From the NCBI GenBank assembly GCA_964610395.1, contig CAZSXP010000001.1, forward strand, positions 63,342-127,341: a stretch of 64,000 bases of DNA, given 5' to 3'. The translations under genes were made by a program, and so were the position numbers. Origin of the DNA: an uncultured Gammaproteobacteria bacterium. Lineage in GTDB: Bacteria > Patescibacteriota > Microgenomatia > UBA8517. Below are positions 41,584-50,943 of the stretch, in pieces. Every line of letters starts with the position of its first letter. Positions within the stretch are counted from its first letter, which is position 1. The notes beneath the pieces are model-generated. The model was not told the origin of the DNA. It did no database searches and worked only from the letters and a program-made list of their open reading frames with translations.

Positions 41584-42451
41584 AAATGTCATATTCATAA
41601 GATTCTATTCGAAAAGATTAACTCCACTTTCTGTTCAGTGTCACTTTGTAAACAGAGTTGATGATCAGACATCGGCTATAGTTATGGAGTACAGTGCATA
41701 TATGAAGGACCATGTTAAGTTGCTTGCAAATTTATTGCCTCCTGATTTGGCATTTTTAATAAATATTTATGAAACGCATATAAACCCAGGAATGTTTAGC
41801 GATAAAAGGGAGATCTTTGATTCAAAGATTGGTATTAATAAAAACAGTAAATGCTACTTAAATTCTGAGGTTGTACAGTCTTTAAAAATTAGTTGCCCTG
41901 AAAATTGGAGTGGTTTTAACGTTGAGAAACCAGAAGTTTTTAATCATTCCCTTCCGCCAACTACTCGAACTAGTGAGTTGTACACAGTCGGAAAGATTGT
42001 GTCAGATAACATGAACATTCCGTTTAGCTCTTTTCTTGAAGCATTTAAGACCTTCGTGCCCAAGGAGAATCGAATATTACCATGTTTAATTAATAATGAA
42101 ATTATATATTTTCATGGTGAAACTTCAGGCGGAAGTAGATTGGTGAGCTGGTTCGAAACTCATAATGATAGGAAGCCATGGTTTTTTGTTGAAGAGTTAA
42201 ATTTTGCTGACGAGGACCCGAATGGTTTTAGTGTATTGCTCGAAAAAGTCTTTAGTTCAGAAAAGACTTTTGTTCTAGATATACCCATAAACAGAGATCG
42301 ATTGCATGTCAAGGCAAATTTCATTAAACAAGAAGATTTTTTAAGTAAACTAAGAAATGAGGCCAAAGGATATATTGTCTACCATAAGGCATTAGCTACC
42401 CGCAACAAAACATTTTCAGCTTTTAATTATCTTAAAAATTTACTTTCATAA
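41573..42451 (+). CDS. Mur-ligase central-domain-like protein lacking P-loop (possibly truncated)
   Basis: VMEY...LANLLPPDLAFLINIYETH...IFDSK resembles the MurF middle domain; no GxxGKT; start uncertain. Confidence 0.45.
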   Translation: MLNKNVIFIRFYSKRLTPLSVQCHFVNRVDDQTSAIVMEYSAYMKDHVKLLANLLPPDLAFLINIYETHINPGMFSDKREIFDSKIGINKNSKCYLNSEVVQSLKISCPENWSGFNVEKPEVFNHSLPPTTRTSELYTVGKIVSDNMNIPFSSFLEAFKTFVPKENRILPCLINNEIIYFHGETSGGSRLVSWFETHNDRKPWFFVEELNFADEDPNGFSVLLEKVFSSEKTFVLDIPINRDRLHVKANFIKQEDFLSKLRNEAKGYIVYHKALATRNKTFSAFNYLKNLLS

Positions 42452-42491
42452 ACTATGTCATTTATGAAAGTCTTTAGTGTATAGTTAATAT

Positions 42492-42953
42492 ATGAGATTT
42501 AAAATAAAGGGTTATACCCTTGTTGAGCTTCTTGTGGGAATATCTATTGTTGCTGTGATATTTGGAGTTGGGTTTATAAGTTACAGGGAGTTTTCAAGAA
42601 GACAGTCATTAACTGGCATAACAAAACAATTAGTGGGAGATTTAAGGCTTGCTCAACAACTTGCTTTAACTGGACAAAAACCAACTGACCAAACTTGTAC
42701 AACTTTAGTAGGTTATATGATTTCAAGAACAAGTTCTACTTCGTATGATTTAATTGCTGGTTGCTCAAATGCAAATCATATTATTAAAACTGTTGATATG
42801 CCAGCTAATACAACAATTAGTGCAGGAAGCGTAACTTTTAAAGTTTTAGGCCAAGGAACAAGTCTCACTTCCCCACTAACATATACTGTTACAAGTACAC
42901 AGGCAGGTACATCAGGAACTGTAACAATAGGAATAGGAGGAGATATTAAGTGA
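42492..42953 (+). CDS. Minor pilin (FimT/GspH-like)
   Basis: KG/YTLVE and DLRLAQQLA motifs. Confidence 0.85.
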   Translation: MRFKIKGYTLVELLVGISIVAVIFGVGFISYREFSRRQSLTGITKQLVGDLRLAQQLALTGQKPTDQTCTTLVGYMISRTSSTSYDLIAGCSNANHIIKTVDMPANTTISAGSVTFKVLGQGTSLTSPLTYTVTSTQAGTSGTVTIGIGGDIK

Positions 42954-43387
42954 ACAAGGGACAAAGTATGTTTGAGGTAGTTTTGGCATTATTTATTATA
43001 ACCATGATTATTGTGGCTGTAGTTATATTGTCGACCGCTTCAATATCAAATTCACTTTTTTCAAGGAATAAAACACTGGCTAATAAATATTCTCAAGAAG
43101 CAATTGAATGGTTAAGAAGTCAAAGAGAAAGTAATTCTGCAACTTTTATAACTTCTGCAAACACTCCCATTTATTGTTTGAATTCATTAGTTTTTACAAA
43201 TGTTGGTTTGTGTTCTGACGCAGAAATTATAACTGGTACAATTTTTAAAAGAGAATTAACTTTTTCAAAATCAGTAATTTCTACTAAAAATATTATTAGT
43301 GCAACAATTGTAACTTCATGGAGTGATTCAAAAGGGTTACACCAAGCAAGAGCAGTTACTAATTTTAGTGATATACGTGAACAATGA
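42950..43387 (+). CDS. Minor pilin (PilV-like)
   Basis: KG/QSMFE and SQEAIEWLR motifs. Confidence 0.8.
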   Translation: MNKGQSMFEVVLALFIITMIIVAVVILSTASISNSLFSRNKTLANKYSQEAIEWLRSQRESNSATFITSANTPIYCLNSLVFTNVGLCSDAEIITGTIFKRELTFSKSVISTKNIISATIVTSWSDSKGLHQARAVTNFSDIREQ

Positions 43388-43388
43388 T

Positions 43389-43901
43389 ATGAAAATTAAA
43401 AAATTTAAAAAAGGATTTAGTTTCAAACAAGGTTTCTCACTTGTTGAAATATTAATAGTTATAACAATATTTGCTGTTATTGGTCTTCTTTCAACTAGAT
43501 CAATATCACAAACACTAAAAAGTGCTAAAAAAAGTGATTCACTAGTTCGGGTTCGAGAAAATGTTAATTATTCTTTGGCAGTAATTGAAAGACAACTCAG
43601 AAATTCTGAAAATATTACCTGTCCTAATGCCGCGCCTTCCCTTTTAACCTATATTTCTTTAGAAGGTACTACAACATCTTTTTCCTGTGTTACTCCTGGA
43701 GCATTAGGTTATATTGCTTCAGGTTCTGGAAGACTAACTTCAAATGATATCTCTGTTACTTCATGTTCGTTTACTTGCACAAAAGGTGTTAATAATCCTG
43801 CCATTGTCAAAATAAGTGTTGTTGCCCAAGATGCAACTGGAACTGCAGTTGAAAAAGGATCTGTCTCCGCCCAAACAGAAATTGTAGTTAGAAATTATTA
43901 A
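43389..43901 (+). CDS. Minor pilin (PilW-like)
   Basis: QG/FSLVE and IERQLRN motifs. Confidence 0.82.
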   Translation: MKIKKFKKGFSFKQGFSLVEILIVITIFAVIGLLSTRSISQTLKSAKKSDSLVRVRENVNYSLAVIERQLRNSENITCPNAAPSLLTYISLEGTTTSFSCVTPGALGYIASGSGRLTSNDISVTSCSFTCTKGVNNPAIVKISVVAQDATGTAVEKGSVSAQTEIVVRNY

Positions 43902-43946
43902 ATTAATTTATGGAGCTACTTCACTCCATCTGGTGATTCTGAAGCC
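43897..43946 (-). repeat. Stub of the adhesin gene 3' end (direct repeat with 48954-48979)
   Basis: 26-bp identity ATTAAATTAATTTATGGAGCTACTTC; minus strand reads GFRITRWSEVAP* versus MYKRTKWAEVAP*. Confidence 0.85.
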
Positions 43947-44297
43947 TAGTTTTTAAATATTTTCATTGCCTTTTCCATTATTCTATCTCCAATTTTTCCC
44001 CAATCAAAATACTTTTTGTAATCTTTTGGATCGATCATTCTGATCTCAATAACACTACCTGCAGGATCAGAAATAAATTCACCTATTGGTTTAACTAGAC
44101 AAAACGAACGAAATGATATGTCCGCCAACTAAATTCCATCCTCCTGATCCACGAGTAACTACTAATTTATCTTTATAAAAACACACACCATAACTTTGTT
44201 GTAGCTTTTTATCCTTAATTTCATCAAAACTATCACAATCATGCCAAACAAGTTTGTATTCACTTCCTTGCCAAATCATTGAATCGTTTATTACCAT
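43946..44297 (-). pseudogene. Nudix hydrolase with internal deletion of the Nudix box
   Basis: N-terminal half ends WNLVGGH and the C-terminal half resumes in another frame; REE motif absent. Confidence 0.6.
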
Positions 44298-44315
44298 GCT
44301 TAGTATTATATAATA

Positions 44316-44822
44316 TTGATTATGAAAAGGACTGGCTCTTTTGTAGTTTTAACCAGAAATAATAAATCAGAAGTGTTTTTAGTCAAAAGATCAGACTTTC
44401 CAGTTTGGGAATGCCAGGGAGGTGGAATTGAAACAAATGAAACTCCTGAAGTAACTGCAATTCGTGAAGTATATGAAGAAACAGGATTTAAAGCGAAAAT
44501 ATTAAGAAAAGTTGCAGAGTATACAAACCCAAGAATAAATATAATAACTTCACATGTTTTTGAAGGAGAGTATATTTCTGGAGTATTTAAACCTGAATAT
44601 AAAGGTTGTGAAGGAAAATGGTTTAATGTTAATGATTTACCATCGCAAATGACTGCCACTAGAAAAATGATGATTAAAGATTATTTAGCTAACAATGAAA
44701 AATTAATTATAAAATCTGAAATTCCAGCTGTTTCTGTTCAAAATCTTAACTTATTATTTTTGTTACCACTACAATCTCTTAAATATATTTATAGCCTCAT
44801 CTTCAAATACAGGTTCTTTTAA
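44316..44822 (+). CDS. Nudix hydrolase
   Basis: GGGIETNETPEVTAIREVYEETGF Nudix box. Confidence 0.9.
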   Translation: MIMKRTGSFVVLTRNNKSEVFLVKRSDFPVWECQGGGIETNETPEVTAIREVYEETGFKAKILRKVAEYTNPRINIITSHVFEGEYISGVFKPEYKGCEGKWFNVNDLPSQMTATRKMMIKDYLANNEKLIIKSEIPAVSVQNLNLLFLLPLQSLKYIYSLIFKYRFF

Positions 44823-44903
44823 TTCATTTTTAGGAACAGGTAACCACTATTTTTAATAAACCTATAATATTTGATTTCTACTTGAAAAGTATTACAATAT
44901 TAT

Positions 44904-45758
44904 ATGACTATGTCAAAATCAGAAAATATACATAAAAATACACTAAGTAAAATACTTAACCAATATAAAACTCTAGGTGTGTCTTGCATATCAAAATCTT
45001 CAAAATTGTATCTCAAATTTGCCATTGAACTAATTACAGCATTAGAAAAAGAGTTAGATAATGATCTTCTCTTGTCATTTATTTACGGCTCAGTAACTAG
45101 AGGGCAAGCAGATACAGGCAGAAGTCTTTTTGAAACAAATTGCTATGTTCAAAATAAATACATCGGAACAATTTTTGACAATGATGTCAGAAGCGACATT
45201 GATATATGTGTAGTAGTCAAAAAACCACAGAATTCTACTGATAGAATAACACAAATTACAAAGTCAATCTTTGAAAACTATCCCCAAGAAATGTTGATAT
45301 CCGTACTTTTGTTTCCAGAGAAGTCTGCTATATCTGGTATCAAACAAAATAAATCGCCAAACATATATAATAGACTTTTCGGTATATCTACTCAAATTAT
45401 CTTATCTAACAAAAAGAATAATTTGCAGAAATATGTCGGTGGCTTCAAGCCTAATATCCTTGATTTAGATTATGAAAGAGAACGATTAGAAATAAGAGAA
45501 ATTATAACTACTCAAGTAAAAAGGAATAAATCCAAAATTTTTGTCAAAAACGAAGAACTAGTACGTCTTGCGCCAACATGGACAAAATTTCATATACCTG
45601 AATATTTTGAGAAAACGCCTTCATCTGCGTTTGGTCATGAAATTTTAAAGCTAAAAATCCCAGAAAGATATCCATTGACGATGAACAATATAAACTTTGA
45701 TAATTTAAATGAATTAGATCAATACTTAAGTAAAAGTAAGGTTATAGGATTTAAATGA
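44904..45758 (+). CDS. Pol-beta-superfamily nucleotidyltransferase domain protein
   Basis: FIYGSVTRG...SDIDICVV, with an insertion between the motifs. Confidence 0.7.
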   Translation: MTMSKSENIHKNTLSKILNQYKTLGVSCISKSSKLYLKFAIELITALEKELDNDLLLSFIYGSVTRGQADTGRSLFETNCYVQNKYIGTIFDNDVRSDIDICVVVKKPQNSTDRITQITKSIFENYPQEMLISVLLFPEKSAISGIKQNKSPNIYNRLFGISTQIILSNKKNNLQKYVGGFKPNILDLDYERERLEIREIITTQVKRNKSKIFVKNEELVRLAPTWTKFHIPEYFEKTPSSAFGHEILKLKIPERYPLTMNNINFDNLNELDQYLSKSKVIGFK

Positions 45759-46720
45759 AAATACACCTACTTTCAAAAAAAAGATACTTGGGCTTAACAT
45801 ATCAAATTTTCAAGTTGAAATTTGAATCTCAACCAGATCTATTAATCCATAACGTATTCGTAGAGCCAGAGATCTTTGAATTTCGGCCAGTTAAGGCAGT
45901 AAGTATCAAGAAGCTGGGTTATAAAAAAGTTGAATCCATGGTTAATAGTGTGCACAACAAGTCTTTTCGACCAGACAATAAGTTAATGAATTATTTACCG
46001 ATTGAGAAGGCTTCAAAAATACTTTATCGCAGTAAATCTGGATCTTTATGCATAAACGGTTCATTCTTTATGTTTTATGAGGATTTAAAGTCATATCCAT
46101 ATAACTCTACTGAATTTGGATCTAGATATGGAGATCCTGTAGGATGGTTCAGAATAAATCATATTGATTATGGCTTTTCAAATGCAAAGAGGCCATCTAT
46201 TTGTATTAATGGTAATGATACAGTCGATATAAAACATGTAGCTAAATCAAAAAAAACAAAACATGCTATATCTTGTGGTCCTACATTAATTAAAAATGGC
46301 AGACTTACAAACAACAGCATCTGGAAAAATGAGGGATTTTTAGACAATGTTCCCCCTGCGACATTAACCCGTGATCTTTATGAGTATAAATCTGCTCGAA
46401 CAGGTATCGCCACATATAAAAATTCAAATAACTATAGTTTGGTAGTTTCAGAATCTAAAACTAAAGGTGAAGTGACTGGATTGACTTTATCTGAGTTTGC
46501 TAAAGCTATTAAACTTATAGCAAAAGTAAACAATAAACAAATAAAAGATTGTGTTTATCTAGACGGTGGCGGATGTTCTTCTTTAAGTATTCGAACAAAA
46601 AGTGGAAAGGTTAAACTATTAAATACTCCTTCTGGAATCAGTAACCCAAAAGTCAGCGGTAGTAGACCTGGTGAAGAATGCTACGTCGGTTATGCTTTGA
46701 TTCTATTTCCAAAGAAATGA
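45755..46720 (+). CDS. Phosphodiester glycosidase (NAGPA-like)
   Basis: INGSFF, GPTLI, ARTGIA and LDGGG.SS motifs. Confidence 0.8.
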   Translation: MKIHLLSKKRYLGLTYQIFKLKFESQPDLLIHNVFVEPEIFEFRPVKAVSIKKLGYKKVESMVNSVHNKSFRPDNKLMNYLPIEKASKILYRSKSGSLCINGSFFMFYEDLKSYPYNSTEFGSRYGDPVGWFRINHIDYGFSNAKRPSICINGNDTVDIKHVAKSKKTKHAISCGPTLIKNGRLTNNSIWKNEGFLDNVPPATLTRDLYEYKSARTGIATYKNSNNYSLVVSESKTKGEVTGLTLSEFAKAIKLIAKVNNKQIKDCVYLDGGGCSSLSIRTKSGKVKLLNTPSGISNPKVSGSRPGEECYVGYALILFPKK

Positions 46721-47535
46721 AAAGAAATACACTAAAAGAAATTCAAGAAAGACTTAAAGATAAAAAGTCCATACATTTCGGTGTGCATCAGCCTGGATAT
46801 CATAGATACTATGGTTATTTCAATACTATGTTGATAAGTGATGTGATGATATCTTTTGATATAGCACAGTATGTTGAAAGAGAATGGCAAAACAGACAAA
46901 GGTTTTATGTCGATAATAAATGGAAATGGTTAAGTGTTCCAGTCAACAATGGTCGAGAAATGATTTGTAAGAAGCTAATAGTAAATCCAGGAAAACTTAG
47001 TGATCATTGGGAATTTATTAAATATATCTATAGGAATACACCTTATTTTAAAAAATATGGCAAATATCTTGGTGATATTTATAATAAAAACTGGGAATAC
47101 CTAAATGATTTGAATGAAGAACTTGCACTTTTAGCAAAAGATATTCTAGGAATTAAATGTCTCTATATTAGAGCAAGTGATTATCACATACCCCTACCAC
47201 CAATACTTAAAAAGGGTGAATTAATTACAGACTGCATAACTAGACTAGTTAAACCAAGTCCTGAAAGGAAGCTATATTATCCAAAAACAATATATGACTC
47301 AGCATCACATTATTGGGATAAGAAATTTGATGGTTCTAAACTTACAGAGAGAGAAAAACTTGAAACGAATGGTATTGAGATGAAAATGTTCACTTACTCA
47401 CAGCCGATATACAAACAATACCAGTTGAGTGAAGGACACGAATTTGTACCATATCTTTCTATTTATGATCTAATTTTTAATTACGGAGAAAATGGTTTAG
47501 AAATACTTGAAAAATACAAGGGAAAATATATATGA
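46717..47535 (+). CDS. WbqC family protein
   Basis: HQP.Y...GYF, QY....WQNR, WLSVPV and LSIYDLIFNYG motifs. Confidence 0.85.
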   Translation: MKRNTLKEIQERLKDKKSIHFGVHQPGYHRYYGYFNTMLISDVMISFDIAQYVEREWQNRQRFYVDNKWKWLSVPVNNGREMICKKLIVNPGKLSDHWEFIKYIYRNTPYFKKYGKYLGDIYNKNWEYLNDLNEELALLAKDILGIKCLYIRASDYHIPLPPILKKGELITDCITRLVKPSPERKLYYPKTIYDSASHYWDKKFDGSKLTEREKLETNGIEMKMFTYSQPIYKQYQLSEGHEFVPYLSIYDLIFNYGENGLEILEKYKGKYI

Positions 47536-48182
47536 CAAACGAGGTAATTCACGGCCAGAAAGTTGAAAGGGTAGATTTAAACGATCACATTAGTATAGCA
47601 AGGATTCGTTCTATGGAACAAGCTAATCCATATATGGATGACATATTAAGATTACTCAATGAAAATTTGATGGCTTCTCATCCGAGAGTCACTAAGGATG
47701 AACTTTTATCTAAAACAAAATTACTCTCAGATGGTAGATTGATTGATAATACTAATCAATGGGATGGATGTGTTTTTATACTTTTTGACAACGACTTGCC
47801 TGTTGGGGTTTGTATTTCTAGGGAGGAAATAGTTGTAGAAGGTGATACACTTCTAAAAACATCTCGTGGATTTGGTTTATATATAGCATTAGACGTAAAC
47901 CATCAAAGCGGAATTTGGGGACCTTTTTTAACAGCTTGCTCAATTGAGTCATTGGTACAACGAGGGTGTAAAGAAGTTAGAGGTTCAACTTCTGTTCACA
48001 ATAAACTTGCAGATAAGATGTTTTCAAGAGCAGTAACAGAAAGAATTGTAGATGGCGAGTGGGTGAGATATTTAATGGATTTGGAAAAGTATCAATTAAT
48101 GAAGGCACGATTCTTAGAGATAGTTGACTATTCAAAGCAGTTTGAACTACTATTTAATCAACACAAAGATGAAAAAAGATAA
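47532..48182 (+). CDS. GNAT-like acetyltransferase
   Basis: HQSGIWG acetyl-CoA loop-like segment and N..A..MF. Confidence 0.55.
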   Translation: MTNEVIHGQKVERVDLNDHISIARIRSMEQANPYMDDILRLLNENLMASHPRVTKDELLSKTKLLSDGRLIDNTNQWDGCVFILFDNDLPVGVCISREEIVVEGDTLLKTSRGFGLYIALDVNHQSGIWGPFLTACSIESLVQRGCKEVRGSTSVHNKLADKMFSRAVTERIVDGEWVRYLMDLEKYQLMKARFLEIVDYSKQFELLFNQHKDEKR

Positions 48183-48930
48183 TACAAAGGTTCTCATAAT
48201 AGTTGCACATCCAGATGATGCAGAAATATCTATGGGTATGAGAATATATGATTATGTACAAAGTGGATGTGAAGTTTTTGTCCACAGCTTATCAATGGGT
48301 GGTAAGAAAGATAATAATCAAAAACTTAAAAATATACGCGTGAAGGAAACACAAGAGGCCTCTAACATTTTAGGTATTCATTCATACACTTTTTCGGATT
48401 TTTCAGATACTCTTTTTGAAGAAAACAGGGTAAAGATTAGAACTGAAGTTGAAAAACTAGTTGCTAAAATACAACCTGATATTGTTTATACTCATTATCC
48501 TGAAGATTTACACGTAGATCACGAAATCACTTCCAAAGAGGTTTTGATTGGTGCAAGATCTGTTCCGTCTCTTTTTTACTTTAGATCACCTTACTCACGA
48601 AATTTAATTCCAAAAGTTTTCTTTTTTGGTGATGAAAATTTAATGGATAGAAAAATAGAATCACTTAAGTGTTTTGCGTCACAAAAGTTACTAGACGAGG
48701 ATTTACTAAAAACTTTTTCTTCAGTAATTTATTTTGAATACGTTCACCCTAATGCGATAGTTGATTTGAAACTAAGTTATGGAATGTTAATTTCAGACCC
48801 ATTATATGCAGAGGCTTTTATTCCTGAGAGAGAGTTTATTCTTCCGTTTGGATCAAGAAAGCTGAATAGTTTTGTAAAATCGGCTCATACATTAAAGGCA
48901 AAAATTCGCTTCCTAGCTAAAAAACGTTAA
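48169..48930 (+). CDS. PIG-L family deacetylase
   Basis: AHPDDAE and DLHVDH motifs. Confidence 0.9.
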   Translation: MKKDNTKVLIIVAHPDDAEISMGMRIYDYVQSGCEVFVHSLSMGGKKDNNQKLKNIRVKETQEASNILGIHSYTFSDFSDTLFEENRVKIRTEVEKLVAKIQPDIVYTHYPEDLHVDHEITSKEVLIGARSVPSLFYFRSPYSRNLIPKVFFFGDENLMDRKIESLKCFASQKLLDEDLLKTFSSVIYFEYVHPNAIVDLKLSYGMLISDPLYAEAFIPEREFILPFGSRKLNSFVKSAHTLKAKIRFLAKKR

Positions 48931-48964
48931 TTCTGTTTAACATTGGACATGGAATTAAATTAAT

Positions 48965-50347
48965 TTATGGAGCTACTTCTGCCCACTTGGTTCTTTTATA
49001 CATTAGTTTTTGTGGGAAGAGCATTACTTGGTCAGGTGCAAATTCAAAAAGTTCTGCAGGGGTTACTGTGTCATCTGGTAAGTCTCTTTGTAATGTTATT
49101 CCCCCATATGAAGCTACAGAACCTCTGACATTAAGTTGTGATGTTCCTAATCCAGTACTAAAACCAGTATCAGCAATATACATACCTTCAATAGATGGTG
49201 AACCAGTTACAGTTCCTGCTACAGATATGTTTCCATTTACAAATACTCCAAAAAACCCTGAATTATCATTTAAGTTTATTTTACCGTTTATATTAAAGTT
49301 TCCTGTTTTAACAAATAAAATCACTTTTCTTGATCCAAAATCAATGTTGCCTGCAGTATCAATGTTTCCTGTAATTTTGTACCATTCATAGCCGTTTGCA
49401 TCTAGGGTGACACCTACCCCTGTTGTTAGTTTACTAATATCATTAATAACAGTATCATCAGGAATTAAATTTTCAAAATAACTATAATTAAAAATTCGAG
49501 GTAGAGAAGTTGTTGTATTTGCACTCCAAAGTGTAGAAGATATTGTTCCAGGGGTTACAGCTATTTGATCTCTATAGACAGGTACTCCAGGAAATCCACC
49601 ACTTCCAACAGTATCAAAATATAATCCTCCTGGCATTTTAGATACTATATCCCCAGTTGCAGTTACATCCCCATCTTTAACCTGCCACCATGGTCCTTGG
49701 CAGGATTGGGTGTTACAAGCTTGCCACCTTGTAGATCCACAGACACTGTAACTAAGTTGTATTCCTCCCCCACAAGTTACACTACAAGCTCCCCACGCCC
49801 CCCAATTATTATAATCCCAAGTTGCACATGTACCACCACAGCCATCGGCTTGTCCACAGGAAGGCGCTCCACAACTTGGTACACAAGGTGGTGGTGCATC
49901 TACTCTACATCTCTGTCTATTTACAAAAGAACACTCCTCTCCTCCACCTTCACATTCCTTGTAACATTTCTCTTCACCCCTTTTGTTAAAAAAACATGAT
50001 TGCCAGCATACCTGTTTTGTCTCTCTACAAGTATATTCTTGATATGTCTCCATCTCACATCCTCCCTCACTTTCCCCCCCACCCTTACCCGGCGTTCCTG
50101 TCCCAACTGCACAACAACCACTGTTATTATTACAAGCATAAGAACCAGCATAACAGCCTCTTATTTGACCACTTCCACTGTCACAACACGAATGAGCCCA
50201 CGACGCACAACTTCCATCAATGTTTTCATATATACAGGTTGCGTCAGGACACCAATTTGCACAGGCATTTACGCTCGTCGTGCTTGTCACTAAAAATCCA
50301 ACTACCATCACCAGCCATATCCCGACCACTACTATTATTTTGCGCAT
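48965..50347 (-). CDS. Secreted Cys-rich pilus-associated adhesin with TSP1-like motif
   Basis: Signal peptide, Cys-rich N-terminal half, WGAWGACSVTCGGG, beta-rich C-terminal domain ending WAEVAP. Confidence 0.7.
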   Translation of the reverse strand: MRKIIVVVGIWLVMVVGFLVTSTTSVNACANWCPDATCIYENIDGSCASWAHSCCDSGSGQIRGCYAGSYACNNNSGCCAVGTGTPGKGGGESEGGCEMETYQEYTCRETKQVCWQSCFFNKRGEEKCYKECEGGGEECSFVNRQRCRVDAPPPCVPSCGAPSCGQADGCGGTCATWDYNNWGAWGACSVTCGGGIQLSYSVCGSTRWQACNTQSCQGPWWQVKDGDVTATGDIVSKMPGGLYFDTVGSGGFPGVPVYRDQIAVTPGTISSTLWSANTTTSLPRIFNYSYFENLIPDDTVINDISKLTTGVGVTLDANGYEWYKITGNIDTAGNIDFGSRKVILFVKTGNFNINGKINLNDNSGFFGVFVNGNISVAGTVTGSPSIEGMYIADTGFSTGLGTSQLNVRGSVASYGGITLQRDLPDDTVTPAELFEFAPDQVMLFPQKLMYKRTKWAEVAP

Positions 50348-50868
50348 CGCTCCTCCATTCCCCGTTGTAAAAACAACCAAAAATTATAAGTGTAGATTTC
50401 TCGTAAGTCTCCTTCCTTACCGCCCATTTCGGGTGTAGTAATAAATACTCGTACATAGTCACCCACTTTAGCTTTCTGGCGCCAACTATATAAATCAGTG
50501 TCTATTTCTCTTTCGATTACCCCCGCTTCACCCACATTTAATCGTGCCAGTACTTCTGGATTACAACCATCATACCAAGAATAAACTGAGTTCTCATCCA
50601 CAACAAATGATTGCAATCCCTCTACTCCCCACACCCATACTCTACCAAGCGCACTTCCCGCCAGTATCCCTCCATAAATCCGCTCCGAGTCATATCCTCT
50701 AAATTCACTCCATGTCTGCTCCTGCTCCTCTTGTGATGGAAATTGGTCTATCAGTCTTTTTGCCCGCCAAAACTGCTCCAAGCCCGCAAAACGATACACA
50801 TACACTCCAACAAAAACCAGTAAAACTGAAACGACTGTCAAAGATATCCAGACCCACCACTTCTGCAT
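50335..50868 (-). CDS. Membrane-anchored hypothetical protein
   Basis: N-terminal TM; overlaps the adhesin start. Confidence 0.6.
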   Translation of the reverse strand: MQKWWVWISLTVVSVLLVFVGVYVYRFAGLEQFWRAKRLIDQFPSQEEQEQTWSEFRGYDSERIYGGILAGSALGRVWVWGVEGLQSFVVDENSVYSWYDGCNPEVLARLNVGEAGVIEREIDTDLYSWRQKAKVGDYVRVFITTPEMGGKEGDLREIYTYNFWLFLQRGMEERCAK

Positions 50869-50943
50869 ATCTTAATTGAAGCAAAAAACCATCCACTATG
50901 CAACATCCAAAATCATATAATTCAATTCAAACTGTTTATGAAT

